The position numbers were made by a program, and so were the translations under genes. DNA of 64,000 nt, from the NCBI GenBank assembly GCA_026387335.1, contig JAPLLX010000004.1, forward strand, positions 13,955 through 77,954, written 5' to 3'. Below the pieces are notes generated by a model. The model ran no database searches and had not been told where the DNA came from. It saw only the letters and a program-made list of their open reading frames with translations. This DNA comes from Candidatus Omnitrophota bacterium (GTDB taxonomy: Bacteria > Omnitrophota > Gorgyraeia > Gygaellales > Profunditerraquicolaceae). Positions 62,048 through 64,000 of this stretch are shown here, piece after piece; position 1 is the stretch's first letter, and the number at the start of each line of letters is the position of its first letter.

Positions 62048-64000
62048 AAGGGATACCTTCGCGGTATAATTTCTTCTGCATCGCGAAAACCGTATAGTTA
62101 TGCAGGAACCTTATGGCAAATGAATCTTGGGGAAAAATAAGCTGGCCGCCGAAGAATACCGAATTTGGAAAACGTTTAAGAACGCGGGGCGCGATATTGC
62201 TTACCTCTTCCACCACATCTGTGCCTACCTCGAATATCCCTTCGGCGTAAAACCCCTGCTTATTCATAAATTTAACGTAACGGGTAATATCAGTCTTGAC
62301 TTCGGCTTCTACCCTTCCCACTTCATCCCTACCCTTAAAATTACCGGCGTCAACTATTCCGATCTGGACAAAAACAAAATTCTTGAACACCCCTCCGAAT
62401 AGTCTTATGATTCCAAAGAGCGTATGTAAACCAATACCATTAAAACCACTTACCAATAAAACCGCGGTCTTGGCTTTAGGATCAGGCTTAATATCCTGCG
62501 CAACATTCGACATAGGATTTAACAATGTATCTTCCGCTGATTCGGCGACGGTAACCAGATTATTTAACCTATGCAGGAGTTTTGCGGTTTGATAATAATG
62601 CCTTTTTATTAAGAGAGCTACCGCAATTAAGGCGCCGGTAATAAACAAAGTAATCCAGCCGCCCTCGTTTAGTTTCATCACAATCATGGATACAAGTATA
62701 AAAGCGCTTAAGGAGAGGCCCAAGCCGTTTATGAATAATTTCTTAAACCAACCCTTGATTTTAGAACGCATCTGCCACCAATGGCGGACCATACCTGCCT
62801 GAGACAAACAGAAGGTAATAAAAACGTTAATACTGTATAAAACCACCAGGAACCTGACTGAGCCGCCGGTAACGCTCATAAGTATCAAAGCCAAAACGCC
62901 CATAATCAAGATGCCGTTTTGCGTCACCAACCTATCGCTTAAAGTTGAAAACTTGGTAGGAAACCAGCGGTCATTGGCCATATTCGCCAAAACCCGCGGG
63001 CCGTCAAGAAAACCGGTCTGAGCGGCAACAAAAAGCAGCGTGGCTTCCGAAAGCAGGATTATAAGGACAAAAATAAATCCCGACTTGCCCCAACCGGAGG
63101 TGACTTGTTCAAAAAGAATCGCGTTTAAAGTCTTTCCGGTTTGAATGTGGACATTATAAAACAAGTAGGCTACCATTAAACCCAAAACCACAAAAGAGAG
63201 CGAAAAGGCCATATAGCGCATAGTATGCCGGGCGGTCTGAACCTTTGGCTCGCGCAGGACCGGCACACCATTACTGACAGCTTCAATTCCGGTATAAGTT
63301 CCCGCTCCCATGCTATACGCCTTAAGGACTAAAAAGATAGTCCCCCATATACCGATTTGCGAAACCGTGTTATGTAAATCACCCGCGGTGGAGGCGCTTA
63401 ACTGCCCGAAGTTAGAAGAATTCTTGCAAAAAGCGTAAATGATAATAAAAATATGCGTAATCAAAAAGACGATAAAAATAGGGGTAAGCGCTAAAACTGA
63501 TTCTTTGACTCCGCGCATATTCAACACCATAAGCGCCATAAGCACCACGATAGCAAAACCCAGCCTATACGCGTGCCACTGTATAGGTAAAAGGCTAAAG
63601 AGCGCGTCGGCGCCGCTGGCGATGGATACCGTAATAGTCAACACATAATCAATGAGTAAGGCGCAACCAGAAACCATCCCCAGGGTAGGCGACAAAAGTT
63701 TACTGGCGACCAGGTATCCGCCGCCACCTCCGGGGAAGAGTTCAACTATTTGAGAATAGCTGTTGCTGATGATAAAAATGGTCAGCACTGTTCCTAAAGC
63801 GACAAAAATACTTAAGTAGGTGTGCGCCCCTAGGGCGAGAAATGCTTCTTGCGGGCCGTAACATGACGAAGATAAACCATCAGCCCCTAAGCCTATCCAG
63901 GCAAAGAAAGCTATCAGCGATATTTTATGGAAAATCGCGGAGTCCTGAGGATTCCGCGATTTCCCTATAACTAAATTTTTTATCCGTTGGATAATGGACA
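62022..64000 (-). CDS. APC-superfamily amino-acid permease with a C-terminal soluble domain; N-terminus lies beyond the window end
   Basis: The frame stays open upstream of the first Met (..YGPQEAFLALGAHTYLSIFVALGTVLTIFII..). Multiple TM segments with a GGGGY motif. Confidence 0.7.
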   Translation of the reverse strand, partial: SIIQRIKNLVIGKSRNPQDSAIFHKISLIAFFAWIGLGADGLSSSCYGPQEAFLALGAHTYLSIFVALGTVLTIFIISNSYSQIVELFPGGGGGYLVASKLLSPTLGMVSGCALLIDYVLTITVSIASGADALFSLLPIQWHAYRLGFAIVVLMALMVLNMRGVKESVLALTPIFIVFLITHIFIIIYAFCKNSSNFGQLSASTAGDLHNTVSQIGIWGTIFLVLKAYSMGAGTYTGIEAVSNGVPVLREPKVQTARHTMRYMAFSLSFVVLGLMVAYLFYNVHIQTGKTLNAILFEQVTSGWGKSGFIFVLIILLSEATLLFVAAQTGFLDGPRVLANMANDRWFPTKFSTLSDRLVTQNGILIMGVLALILMSVTGGSVRFLVVLYSINVFITFCLSQAGMVRHWWQMRSKIKGWFKKLFINGLGLSLSAFILVSMIVMKLNEGGWITLFITGALIAVALLIKRHYYQTAKLLHRLNNLVTVAESAEDTLLNPMSNVAQDIKPDPKAKTAVLLVSGFNGIGLHTLFGIIRLFGGVFKNFVFVQIGIVDAGNFKGRDEVGRVEAEVKTDITRYVKFMNKQGFYAEGIFEVGTDVVEEVSNIAPRVLKRFPNSVFFGGQLIFPQDSFAIRFLHNYTVFAMQKKLYREGIPFVILPIRV

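Overview
The window reads as a gene-dense bacterial chromosome segment, mostly on the minus strand. The content suggests an anaerobe with an outer membrane: four-subunit pyruvate:ferredoxin oxidoreductase (porGDAB), small ferredoxin, ferritin-like diiron protein, flavodoxin, lpxB and an msbA-like exporter. There is no rRNA, CRISPR array, integrase or transposase. Housekeeping blocks are: ilvD-ilvB-ilvN-ilvC-leuA-aroE plus a prepilin peptidase; fba-pfkA-ahcY-metK; ptsI-ptsH-yvcK-ptsN; three tRNAs (Lys-TTT, Leu-TAG, Gly-GCC); frr-pyrH-tsf-rpsB; an msbA-like exporter and lpxB; and a complete F-type ATP synthase operon (atpZ-atpI-atpBEFHAGDC) preceded by an APC permease. The outstanding feature is at 1..7654 on the minus strand: one uninterrupted reading frame of at least 2551 codons that leaves the window at position 1. 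It starts with a classical signal peptide and is built from tandem domains homologous to consecutive lower-glycolysis/gluconeogenesis enzymes. These are a degenerate GAPDH-like domain lacking the catalytic Cys and His, an intact GAPDH domain, a circularly permuted phosphoglycerate kinase, a GlpX-type fructose-1,6-bisphosphatase with insertions, and a class II fructose-bisphosphate aldolase domain that is a paralogue of the stand-alone fba at 30799..32124. Several non-coding repeat families are also present. The main one is a ~165-nt structured element in two copies (20767..20932 and 45341..45505) whose differences are compensatory across predicted stems, and each copy is preceded by a long inverted repeat. 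Two smaller palindromic families (TAGGGACrG...CyGTCCCTA and CCGACGC-AATnCCnnTTA-GCGTCGG hairpins) are listed below. Other observations are a secreted protein with five EF-hand loops encoded by ~87-bp tandem DNA repeats, and a sugar nucleotidyltransferase whose conserved [10 protein letters not shown]-terminus is encoded with ATA in place of ATG. Coordinates of genes are taken from the ORF track, adjusted where the first start codon is clearly an upstream extension. Domain boundaries inside the giant ORF are approximate to about ±30 nt.
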